A stretch of DNA of 32,000 nt from Candidatus Omnitrophota bacterium (GCA_023818895.1 JAMWCX010000001.1:629789-661788); one strand, 5' to 3'. Shown: positions 16,507 to 24,544, counted from the first letter of the stretch. Notes: generated by a model from the sequence alone, not told the origin. Made by a program: numbers and translations.

Positions 16507-16896
16507 TTATTCATTCTTTTTGCCAACAATATTTTCTATTTCGGCTATCACATCCAGCGGGTTAAACGGCTTTTTAAGGCATCTCTTTATTCCGCAAAAA
16601 TTCATAAGCCAGACATGCTCCTTTAGTGTATAGTAACCGGTCATAGCTATAACCGGAACGTTTGAGGTCTCAAAGCAGCTTTTAAGCTTATCGGCAACTT
16701 CAAAACCGCTAATCGAGGGCATTCGCAGATCCAGAAGTATTACATCGGGTTTGGTAATCCGTACCGTTCTGACTACTGCTTTCGCGTCGCTTACCTCTGT
16801 AACTTCATACCCACTAAGGATAAGCATCTCCCTTAGCTCTTTAAGAAATTCCTTATCATCATCTACTATTAAAATTTTTCTCCCTACCATACGCAT
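16507..16896 (-). CDS. Single-domain response regulator (CheY-like receiver)
   Basis: KILIVDDD, VILLDLRMPSISG, IAMTGY and LKKPF, with no output domain. A TATAAT box lies about 30 nt upstream (plus ~16927-16932). Confidence 0.9.
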   Translation of the reverse strand: MRMVGRKILIVDDDKEFLKELREMLILSGYEVTEVSDAKAVVRTVRITKPDVILLDLRMPSISGFEVADKLKSCFETSNVPVIAMTGYYTLKEHVWLMNFCGIKRCLKKPFNPLDVIAEIENIVGKKNE

Positions 16897-16963
16897 TTTG
16901 TGGGTTTTAAATCCGATTTTTTAAAATTATACATATTGAAATAAAAAAGTAAAGGTGGCTAAT

Positions 16964-18502
16964 CTACTTTATTCGACTTTTTTCTACTATCTGCACCGCG
17001 GGCACCCATTTCAAAGGCAAAATCATTGTGACTATTGTTCCTTTAGGACGAGCTCTTCCTATCTCAAGCCTTCCTTTATGGAGTTCTAATATCTGGCGGC
17101 AAATAGCTAATCCCAGCCCTATTCCTTTTGACTTTGTTGTAAAAAAGGGCTCACATACCTTACTTATATGCTCTTTGGCAATACCGCAGCCATTGTCTCT
17201 GAAGATTATTTTGAGATAACTGCCTCTGGATTGCATCATTATCGATAGCTTCCCTTTTTTACTCGCAAATGACTCGTAAGCATTACGCAAGATATTATTG
17301 AAAACTTCTTTTAATTGCAACGGGTCAGCTTCTATACAACAGCGATCCGACCTTAAAAGCTTTTTATAAACCAGCACGTTGTAATCACCGAACATATCTT
17401 TTAAACCAGCCACGCATTCTTCAATCAATTCGCACACGTTGACGGTTTGATAATGAGGTGGTTTTAACCTTGAATAGGCAAGAAGGTTCTTTATTATCTG
17501 GTCCGATTCCGCCACCTTATTTTCTATGCTGTTTACATGGCTGTCTATAGCGGGATCCTTGCATTTTTTGTCTATGTTATACACCGCGGTTCTGATGGCC
17601 GCAAGCGGTGTCCTCAGCTCATGCGCCACCGTAGCGGCAAGAAGACCAAGTCCTGAAAGGTGCTTAGCCTTATCCAGTTCCTCCTGCGTCCTTAAAAGTT
17701 CGCGGCTTCTTTCGGCCACGATCTCCTCAAGGACCTTATTGTCACGGCTCAGGATCTCTTCATACTTCTTGTGTTCAGTGATGTCCCTGAACACACCTAA
17801 TAGGTAGGTCTTTCCTTGAATATTTAATACGGCGGCGCTTATCGAGACGTCTATTTTGCGGCCGTCGCGAGTCAAAAGTTGCGAATCAACTATTTTTATA
17901 TTCCCGCGGACCTGATCTTTGAAGCCTTTCATCGTCTTGCGCACGATATCTTTAGGATGAAGCTGGTCGGCGCGCATGGAAAGTACCTCGTCTTTGGAAT
18001 AACCTGTTACTATCCGCGCTTTCTTGTTGCAATCGACAAGACGGCGAGTACGAGCATCTGCGATAAAGATGGCGTCATTGCTCTCCTCAAACAGCAATTT
18101 GTACTTCTGTTCGCTTTCGCGCAGTTTCTCCTCAGTGGCTTTAATCTTGCTGATATCGACATTCGTTTCTGCCACCAGCCATTCACCATTCTCATCCTTA
18201 AACGGAATTGTCGTTACCTGTATCGGCCTGTTACCTTCCTTAATGAGGGTCTCTTCACTTACTAAGATCTTCTTGGTCTTGAGGGCATTGACTATCCCGC
18301 AATTGGGACACACCTTTTTCCTGCCCATAAAATACCTATAGCACTTTTGCCCCGCCGGTTCGCCGTATATCCTTTTCCATGCCGGATCGATGTACCGAAT
18401 ATTAAAGCGTGAATCAATTATATCAATGCCTATCTTTGATTTGCCAAGCAGATATTCAAGTCTTTTAAGAAGCCGGCTGGCATTCATGCCTTTATCAGAC
18501 AT
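16964..18502 (-). CDS. Soluble sensor histidine kinase (PAS, PAS, HisKA, HATPase_c), paralog of 14632-16179
   Basis: H-box AHELRTPLAAIRTA, N-box NILRNAYESF, and G-boxes DNGCGI and GIGLGLAI. The first PAS has C-x10-C-x2-C (QKCYRYFMGRKKVCPNCG). The start is moved to the ATG at 18502 (MSDKGMNAS...), which has a GAGGGGG Shine-Dalgarno 6 nt upstream and lies 1 nt after the hexokinase TAA. The ORF-track start is 18517. Confidence 0.9.
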   Translation of the reverse strand: MSDKGMNASRLLKRLEYLLGKSKIGIDIIDSRFNIRYIDPAWKRIYGEPAGQKCYRYFMGRKKVCPNCGIVNALKTKKILVSEETLIKEGNRPIQVTTIPFKDENGEWLVAETNVDISKIKATEEKLRESEQKYKLLFEESNDAIFIADARTRRLVDCNKKARIVTGYSKDEVLSMRADQLHPKDIVRKTMKGFKDQVRGNIKIVDSQLLTRDGRKIDVSISAAVLNIQGKTYLLGVFRDITEHKKYEEILSRDNKVLEEIVAERSRELLRTQEELDKAKHLSGLGLLAATVAHELRTPLAAIRTAVYNIDKKCKDPAIDSHVNSIENKVAESDQIIKNLLAYSRLKPPHYQTVNVCELIEECVAGLKDMFGDYNVLVYKKLLRSDRCCIEADPLQLKEVFNNILRNAYESFASKKGKLSIMMQSRGSYLKIIFRDNGCGIAKEHISKVCEPFFTTKSKGIGLGLAICRQILELHKGRLEIGRARPKGTIVTMILPLKWVPAVQIVEKSRIK

Positions 18503-18503
18503 T

Positions 18504-19844
18504 TTACGCCCCCTCACAGTTCGCTACCGCCGCGATTATAGCAGCGCCCTTGCCGGATCCGTCTTTTGACAATACAAGCCTCAAGCGGCAAGCCTTCGCA
18601 CCTAATATCTCTTTCACAAAGGATCGCATATTGGAAGAAAAACCGGTATATTTTTCGTAAACGCTGCCATCTATGGCAATAGTATGTTTACGCAAAATAA
18701 AAGGGTCTATCTTTCTTATGACAGAGACAACTGCGGCTGCGCATATGCGAGCGGCACGCCGAGAAATTATCGCGCAAACCTCTTTTATAATCTTCCTATC
18801 TTCGCGGCTGGATAAACGTATCCCTATATTTTCCAGAATGTTACGGACACCGGCAAGAGAGCCTGTCTTATCGGCCTGTATGGCTGAAATATCCTCGCTT
18901 CTAAGCATCGCGATCTTTGACGACGCCTTCCGAGGCAAAAAATGCAAAATATATTTTTTTTCAACAAGATCCTTGAGAACTATGCCACACAGCTTACCAA
19001 GATACATTCCGGAAACCATCTTTTCCATAATCTGTTCGCCGGGGTTTCCCGACTTACCATCAAGCAGTCTGTCATAACAACTCAGTTTAAGCTTATTAAA
19101 ATTCCCCCATTCTATATTGATTATCATGTTATCTGTCCGCGGCGCAGGGCCTTCCCATTTTTTTATATTTTTGACCTTCTCAGCGTAACAGGCATTGGTG
19201 CCTGTTCCTATTATCACGCCGACATCACAATCATGGTCGCTGTAACTGCGGGCTATCAAAGTCCCCACCGTGTCGTTGGCGAGAGCCCTTACCTTCACGT
19301 GCGAGATACCATTGCGGACAAGGGCCTGCTCAAGAAGACTCACGACATCTTTTCCGACTACACCTTTTGCGTTAAAACCTTTTGTCCAAGCCACCAAAGT
19401 TCCACTCGCTATCCCGCTCTGGGCGATTGGGAATGAAAAGGTGAATCCAAGGTTTATATCGCGAGAATTCGCGAATCCGGATTTTTTAAGGAATGCTTTT
19501 ACGGATGAGGCAAGAAGATCGAAGAGTCCTGTGCCTTTTTTAGTAATATGCTCTTTGCGCAGGGCGAAGTTCCTGATAAGGCGAACCGATATCCTGCCTC
19601 CGCCCTTAAGCTCCAACGCGAGCAATCTGAAATTGGTCCCGCCCAGATCGAGGGCAATAAACTTCCCCTTCTCCCGGCCGGTGGGTCTGTCTACATAGGT
19701 GGGTATCATCTTGAGCGAGCTTTGGCGCCCCTCAAGGCCTCTTTTCATCTCAACATGAAAATTCTTTACGATCTGTGCGGCATCCCGCCGGGAGATATCA
19801 AAAGATTCTCGGATCCTTTCCAGCATGGCTTTTCTGTCAGCCAT
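18504..19844 (-). CDS. Hexokinase-family sugar kinase (eukaryote-type hexokinase fold)
   Basis: Hallmark hexokinase motifs: ALDLGGTNFRL, LGFTFSFP, WTKGF, ANDTVGTL, IIGTGTNACY, INIEWGNF and DGSVYEKY. Confidence 0.88.
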   Translation of the reverse strand: MADRKAMLERIRESFDISRRDAAQIVKNFHVEMKRGLEGRQSSLKMIPTYVDRPTGREKGKFIALDLGGTNFRLLALELKGGGRISVRLIRNFALRKEHITKKGTGLFDLLASSVKAFLKKSGFANSRDINLGFTFSFPIAQSGIASGTLVAWTKGFNAKGVVGKDVVSLLEQALVRNGISHVKVRALANDTVGTLIARSYSDHDCDVGVIIGTGTNACYAEKVKNIKKWEGPAPRTDNMIINIEWGNFNKLKLSCYDRLLDGKSGNPGEQIMEKMVSGMYLGKLCGIVLKDLVEKKYILHFLPRKASSKIAMLRSEDISAIQADKTGSLAGVRNILENIGIRLSSREDRKIIKEVCAIISRRAARICAAAVVSVIRKIDPFILRKHTIAIDGSVYEKYTGFSSNMRSFVKEILGAKACRLRLVLSKDGSGKGAAIIAAVANCEGA

Positions 19845-19868
19845 CGGCCACTTATTCCTGATCGTAAA

Positions 19869-20345
19869 CTACCTGCTTATCTTAAGTATTTTATATTTAA
19901 GGACGCCCGCCGGCACCCTAATCTCGACTACCTGGCCTTCCTTGTAACCCAAAAGGCCGCTTCCCACGGGAGATGATACAGATATCTTATTTCTGGAATA
20001 ATCCGCCTCTTCTTCGGAGACAAGAGTGTATTCAAGCTCTTCTCCGGAATTCTCGTCGCGGAGTTTTACCGTGGCGCCTATAAGCACCTCGTCTTTTGCC
20101 ATCTGCTCGTCGTCGAGCATCTGAGCGTTGGCCAGTTTACTCTCAAGCTCCGCTATTCTTTTCTCGTTTAGCGCCTGCGCCTCTTTGGCGGCCTCATATT
20201 CCGCGTTTTCGCTTAAGTCGCCGTGGGCGCGCGCCTCGCCTATGGCCTTGGAAAGATGCTTGCGTTTTACCTTCTTAAGTTCTTCGAGTTCTCTGCGTAG
20301 CTTCTCGTAACCCTCTCTTGTAAGATAGTAGGAACCTTTGGCCAT
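19869..20345 (-). CDS. greA: Transcription elongation factor GreA
   Basis: YLTREGYEKLRRELEELK...EARAHGDLSENAEYEAAKE...; C-terminal domain ISVSSPVGSGLLGYKEGQVVEIRVPAG. The start is moved to the ATG at 20345 (GGAGGGG Shine-Dalgarno 3 nt upstream). The ORF-track extension to 20408 overlaps the upstream gene. Confidence 0.95.
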   Translation of the reverse strand: MAKGSYYLTREGYEKLRRELEELKKVKRKHLSKAIGEARAHGDLSENAEYEAAKEAQALNEKRIAELESKLANAQMLDDEQMAKDEVLIGATVKLRDENSGEELEYTLVSEEEADYSRNKISVSSPVGSGLLGYKEGQVVEIRVPAGVLKYKILKISR

Positions 20346-20365
20346 AATCCCCTCCGCTAAGGTAT

Positions 20366-21814
20366 CTATTTTACGCCCGCGACAGAAGCATGAGTTCTTG
20401 CGCCACAAGAACTATTCTTCGGACATTCCCCCGTCCAGCAATAAAGGCACAACCTCTCTCTGGGAAGTCCTACCGCCTTTACCATATCGTTTACAGTCTG
20501 ATATCTAAGGGTAGTAACCCCTATATCTTTTGCGACCCACTCGACCATCTTCTTGTGCTCGAGCGAAGTATCGTCTATATACTTCGATACGTCCTCGACA
20601 TCGATGCCTTCTATCGCCCGGATAGCCTTGCGGGCCGCAAGCTCGCTAATGCTGCGCGTCGAAAGATTGAAGCGGCATGGAAACATAAGCGGCGGGCAGG
20701 CGACGCGGACATGTATCTCCTTAGCTCCCGCATCCCACAGTTTCTTTATCGCGAAATTCTTAAGTTGTGTGCCTCTCACTATTGAATCTTCGCAAAGGAC
20801 GATACGCCTTCCTTTAATTATCTCCTTTATCGCTATAAGCTTCATTGTAGCGATCAGATCACGCGTCTCTTGAGAAGGCGGGGTATAGCTTCTTCCGTAA
20901 CCCGGCGTGTACTTCACGAGCGGCCTGCGATAGGGTTTGCCGGACTCCATAGCGTAACCTATGGCGTGTCCCACCCCTGAATCCGGCACCCCAGCAACTA
21001 AATCAACGGTAATATCCTTATCATGCCTTGCAAGAAAACCTCCTGAGCGCTCCCGCACCGTCTCGGTATTTATCCCATTGTAGGTTGAGGCTGGGAAGCC
21101 GGTGTATATCCACAAGAACGTGCATATCTGCTCAAGGGCTCCGGAAGACCGTTTCTGGGTAGGACCGTCCTCGTCTATAAGGATTATTTCGCCTGGTCCT
21201 ATATCTTTTACAACTTCATAGCCGTTATTCGGGAATGCCGCTGTCTCCGAAGTAACAGCCCAAGAGTCCTTCTTCTTGCCGATGACAAGCGGCGTATAAC
21301 CATGCCTATCGCGTGCCGCATATATGCCTTCCTTGCTCAGTATAAGAAGTGAGCATGAGCCATTTATAAGATCGAACATCTTCTCGATGCCGTCTACGAT
21401 ACTGGAGCCGTCGACTATGATTTTTGCAATTAGTTCTGTGGTGTTGACTGTGCCTTTCGTAACCTCACTGAACGATATGCCTTTTCGAAGGAGTGATGCG
21501 GCAAGCTCCTCAGCGTTCTCTATCAGGCCGTTCGTGACGATACATATAGGCCCAAACCTCGAATTAAGGTATATAGGCTGCTCGTCATAGGCGCTTATGA
21601 CGCCGATGCCGCTTTTTCCGCGCATGTTGCGCGAATCTTCGTAGAACTTCGACTTGAACTGCGTCTGGCTTATATTATGTATCTGGCGTGTTATCGCATC
21701 CCCAAGCACCGCCATGCCACCGAACTCAGTTCCGAGGTGTGAATGGTAGTCGGTGCCGTAGAAAAGATCCCTTACGCAATCATTCTTTGAGACCACGCCG
21801 AATATGCCGCTCAT
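20366..21814 (-). CDS. Amidophosphoribosyltransferase (PurF)-like protein with Ser in place of the N-terminal catalytic Cys
   Basis: The N-terminus is MSGIFGV (codon 2 is AGC, plus 21809-21811) where PurF has MCGIFG. The PRPP loop is retained (RIVLCEDSIVRGTQ). C-terminal Cys motifs are present (ACPPLMFPC, CLYCWTGEC). The ATGA start overlaps the rluA-family stop, and an AAGGAGGG Shine-Dalgarno is present. Confidence 0.85.
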   Translation of the reverse strand: MSGIFGVVSKNDCVRDLFYGTDYHSHLGTEFGGMAVLGDAITRQIHNISQTQFKSKFYEDSRNMRGKSGIGVISAYDEQPIYLNSRFGPICIVTNGLIENAEELAASLLRKGISFSEVTKGTVNTTELIAKIIVDGSSIVDGIEKMFDLINGSCSLLILSKEGIYAARDRHGYTPLVIGKKKDSWAVTSETAAFPNNGYEVVKDIGPGEIILIDEDGPTQKRSSGALEQICTFLWIYTGFPASTYNGINTETVRERSGGFLARHDKDITVDLVAGVPDSGVGHAIGYAMESGKPYRRPLVKYTPGYGRSYTPPSQETRDLIATMKLIAIKEIIKGRRIVLCEDSIVRGTQLKNFAIKKLWDAGAKEIHVRVACPPLMFPCRFNLSTRSISELAARKAIRAIEGIDVEDVSKYIDDTSLEHKKMVEWVAKDIGVTTLRYQTVNDMVKAVGLPRERLCLYCWTGECPKNSSCGARTHASVAGVK

Positions 21815-22491
21815 TTAACCCTCCTTGCTTCTTGCCTGTTATCGGTGCTTGCCAAAAAGTTAACCATATCTGCTGGTAGAGGCGACTCTAAAACGATAGG
21901 GTGTCCGCCTTTAGGATGCGTAAACTCAAGGCGCGCCGCATGCAAAGCCGCCCTCTTGAACTTCAGGGCATAATCTTTTCTGAACGCGTAAACGCTCTCG
22001 CCGACCAGAGGATGGCCTATACCCTTCATATGAATACGTATCTGATTTGTCCTGCCAGTAACCGGTTCCGCTTCGATAACAGTATAACCATTCCTTCTCT
22101 GAAGAACCCTGTAAGCGGTAACCGCCTCTTCCTTGCGGCCCTTCTTTCTATTATAAATCGAAGTCTTTATTGTATCAAAATCTTTTTTCACGCGGCCTTG
22201 CACGAACGCTATATACGCTTTCTTGATATCCCTGCTACGGAACTTTTCCATTATTAGCCGCTGGGTGGCCTTACCTTTTGCGTAAATGATAAGGCCGGAC
22301 GTATCTCTGTCTATCCTGTGGCACGGATAGGCGTTCGCCTCTATCCCGCGACTATCGAGCTCCTTGTTCAAAATAGTTGTAAGCGTATTAGTCTCTTTCT
22401 TGGGGGTGGGTATTACCAGCATGCCAGCGGGCTTATCGACCACTATGAGGTAATCATCTTCATATATTATCTTATACCGCTTCTGCTCCAT
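21811..22491 (-). CDS. RluA-family pseudouridine synthase (no S4 domain)
   Basis: YEDDYLIVVDKPAGMLV, catalytic motif HRIDRDTSGLIIYAK, TGRTNQIRIH and LHA.RL.F.HP. Confidence 0.9.
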   Translation of the reverse strand: MEQKRYKIIYEDDYLIVVDKPAGMLVIPTPKKETNTLTTILNKELDSRGIEANAYPCHRIDRDTSGLIIYAKGKATQRLIMEKFRSRDIKKAYIAFVQGRVKKDFDTIKTSIYNRKKGRKEEAVTAYRVLQRRNGYTVIEAEPVTGRTNQIRIHMKGIGHPLVGESVYAFRKDYALKFKRAALHAARLEFTHPKGGHPIVLESPLPADMVNFLASTDNRQEARRVK

Positions 22492-22502
22492 ATGGCGGGA
22501 GT

Positions 22503-22511
22503 ATTATACCA
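22503..22511 (-). promoter_or_regulatory. Putative extended -10 box (TGGTATAAT) 11 nt upstream of the rluA-family ATG
   Basis: The minus strand reads TGGTATAAT-ACTCCCGCCAT-ATG with no Shine-Dalgarno. The inverted repeat TTCCA-nn-TGGAA (22513-22524) lies immediately upstream of this box, between the -10 and -35 positions. Confidence 0.3.
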
Positions 22512-22608
22512 TTTCCAGTTGGAAGGGGTAAAATTTTTCAGCTCAACCCACTGGCAAGGTGGCAAGGGTAGGATGGAAGGAAATCGAAAAAATTCGAAAA
22601 CGCGATTC

Positions 22609-23670
22609 TTAGAAGTAATTATTGAAGAGTTCAACCACTTTTTCGGTGAGGCGCTTTGTAAGCGATACATCTTCCGCCGCTCTTTTCTCGTGTATATACC
22701 TAACGAGCCCTATCGCCGTCGAAAGTCGAGCGCTGTCAAGGCCGGAAACTTCTCCTCTAACTTCTCTGGCAATCCCCATTTTTATCGGATATGCTATCTT
22801 TTCCTCGAGGAATTCTATTATGCCGTCCGTAAACGCCAGACCCCCTGTAAGCACAAGCGATGAGACTTTCCCGCAAGCCTTGCCAAAGTCCTTTATCCTG
22901 GAATCGATTGTCTCGTATAGGGTCCTGAACGCAACGTTATCCCTGAAATCACCGGTTATATCCTGCGCGCCTATCGGCATTATATCAAGCGCCGCGAGCG
23001 ATCCGCCGGAGAATATCGAAAGCTCAGTAATCGAGCTTCCCATGTCTATGAGCCCCACCCCTTTTTCGATATCTTGCTTTTCAAGCAAACTCGCGCCGTC
23101 CGCCATACCACTGAATATAACCCCCTTCACATCATGTCCGGCATTGTCCACGCACTTATATATGCTTTGTATGTGGTTGGCATTGGCGGTGATGACAAAA
23201 ACTTCGCAGGCGAGTCTTGCGGCATAAAGACCTATCGGGTCATTTATCCATGGCTGGTCGTCAATGGAATAGCCCTGAACTACCTTATGGATTATCTCAC
23301 GATCGAAAGGCAGATATATGGTGCTCGCGACATCAAGGCACCTTGCCATATCAGAGGCGGTTACTTCCCTCCCTCGCAAAGCAAGCGGTATCATGCCCGT
23401 TGACATCGTCCCCTTTACGTCTTCGCCGCTTATATTGACGTATATATCGCCGAGCCTGCCATGTGTCTTGGATTTCAGCTTATCAAATACCTTTGAGACA
23501 GAGCTGATAGCTGCGTTAAGATCGACGAGTACGCCGCGTGACACGCCCTGGGAAGGCACACTCGCCTGCGCCACTATCTCAAGGATCCCATCCCTGGCAA
23601 CCTTTGCGGTAACACCGGCTATCTTGTGCGAGCCGATATCAACACCTGTGATAACATATGGTCTTTTCAT
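22609..23670 (-). CDS. ftsA: Cell division protein FtsA (short, 353 aa; subdomain 2B region reduced)
   Basis: Actin-fold motifs GVDIGSHKI, LIDMGSSITELSIF and LVLTGGLA; a 1C-like insert (aa ~78-150); a C-terminal amphipathic tail (LTEKVVELFNNYF). It lies directly after ftsQ in the dcw cluster. Confidence 0.82.
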   Translation of the reverse strand: MKRPYVITGVDIGSHKIAGVTAKVARDGILEIVAQASVPSQGVSRGVLVDLNAAISSVSKVFDKLKSKTHGRLGDIYVNISGEDVKGTMSTGMIPLALRGREVTASDMARCLDVASTIYLPFDREIIHKVVQGYSIDDQPWINDPIGLYAARLACEVFVITANANHIQSIYKCVDNAGHDVKGVIFSGMADGASLLEKQDIEKGVGLIDMGSSITELSIFSGGSLAALDIMPIGAQDITGDFRDNVAFRTLYETIDSRIKDFGKACGKVSSLVLTGGLAFTDGIIEFLEEKIAYPIKMGIAREVRGEVSGLDSARLSTAIGLVRYIHEKRAAEDVSLTKRLTEKVVELFNNYF

Positions 23671-23699
23671 TCCAATCCTTCTTCGCGATATCTATCATT

Positions 23700-23719
23700 A
23701 AAAAAATCCGAGCCGTCCT
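23700..23719 (-). repeat. Intergenic motif AGGACGGCTCGGATTTTTTT (copy B); possible terminator-like element between ftsQ and ftsA
   Basis: The minus strand reads TCCTGcTATCCAacgtaactaTGGATAaggcatCAGGACGGCTCGGATTTTTTT. It is identical to copy A (16251-16269) except for one inserted G. Confidence 0.45.
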
Positions 23720-23767
23720 GATGCCTTATCCATAGTTACGTTGGATAGCAGGAAGGCGCAGGATCAA

Positions 23768-24544
23768 TCATTTAGGACCTATGTAGACGTCCTTAAAGCG
23801 CACGTCGATGTATTTTATCTTATCTATTAAAAGCCGCGGATCTCTGAGCGTCCTCCCAAGCTTGTCAAGCCTTTGGCGAAAACTTTCGCCTCCTATCTTT
23901 ACCTCGAGGCCGTTCTTCAGGTAAAAAGACATATTCGATGGCTCATTCGCTATTATAAGGCTCACTCCATAAGCGGCCATGAACCGGCTCTCGTCTATTT
24001 CCTTCAAAAGCCGCAACGCCAATCTAAGATTTACATTCTTGGCGCCCTGCCTCAGATTTACCCCCTCTATTATAGGTAAGTCCTTTAAGGCATCCGCCCT
24101 GCTTACACCGGGTATTACAACCCCTTCTTCATCCACAGGATAATACTTCGCGTTCTTTACGAGCGCGACAGGCTTTCTTAGCTTCATGCTAATAACCAGT
24201 TTATCAGGAAGAGATATTCTGACAACGACATCTTTAATATCGCCGTAAGAATTCTGTATTGTTTGTGCTATGTATTTAAGGTTTATCTTAAAAACATTTC
24301 TGCCCCTGTAGGCGTTCAGAACTTGGTTGGCTATCGCCAGGGAGACCCTCTTATCAATAAATGAGGCGCTAGTCTCCACGGCTCTCAGCCTAAAATAATC
24401 TGAACGATACAAGAAGGCCTTCACTAAGGTAGCGGCCACGACGATGAAAAGTAATATGACGGCTGCCATGACTATTTTAGGCAGCACTGTCTGTTTTATA
24501 CCTTCGGCTAATGCCGGAATCTTTATCTTTTTCTGCCTTCCCAT
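23768..24544 (-). CDS. ftsQ: Cell division protein FtsQ/DivIB (POTRA domain)
   Basis: Basic N-terminus, a single TM helix (IVMAAVILLFIVVAATLV), then a POTRA-like segment (FRLRAVETS...). Its position between ddl and ftsA supports the call. Confidence 0.8.
   Translation of the reverse strand: MGRQKKIKIPALAEGIKQTVLPKIVMAAVILLFIVVAATLVKAFLYRSDYFRLRAVETSASFIDKRVSLAIANQVLNAYRGRNVFKINLKYIAQTIQNSYGDIKDVVVRISLPDKLVISMKLRKPVALVKNAKYYPVDEEGVVIPGVSRADALKDLPIIEGVNLRQGAKNVNLRLALRLLKEIDESRFMAAYGVSLIIANEPSNMSFYLKNGLEVKIGGESFRQRLDKLGRTLRDPRLLIDKIKYIDVRFKDVYIGPK

Noticed and set aside
20346-20408. N-terminal extension of the GreA ORF (MWRKNSCFCRGRKIDTLAEGI)
   Set aside because: It overlaps the purF-like 3' end and is absent from GreA proteins as I know them. 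The ATG at 20345 has a GGAGGGG Shine-Dalgarno and yields the canonical GreA N-terminus. The dnaK extension at 3354-3371 is trimmed for the same reason.
22318-22863. 181-aa plus-strand ORF spanning the rluA-family start, the spacer and the ftsA 3' end
   Set aside because: It overlaps two well-supported minus-strand genes, and its sequence has no family resemblance. The 22622-23227 (201 aa) and 23318-23701 plus-strand ORFs antisense to ftsA are rejected for the same reason.
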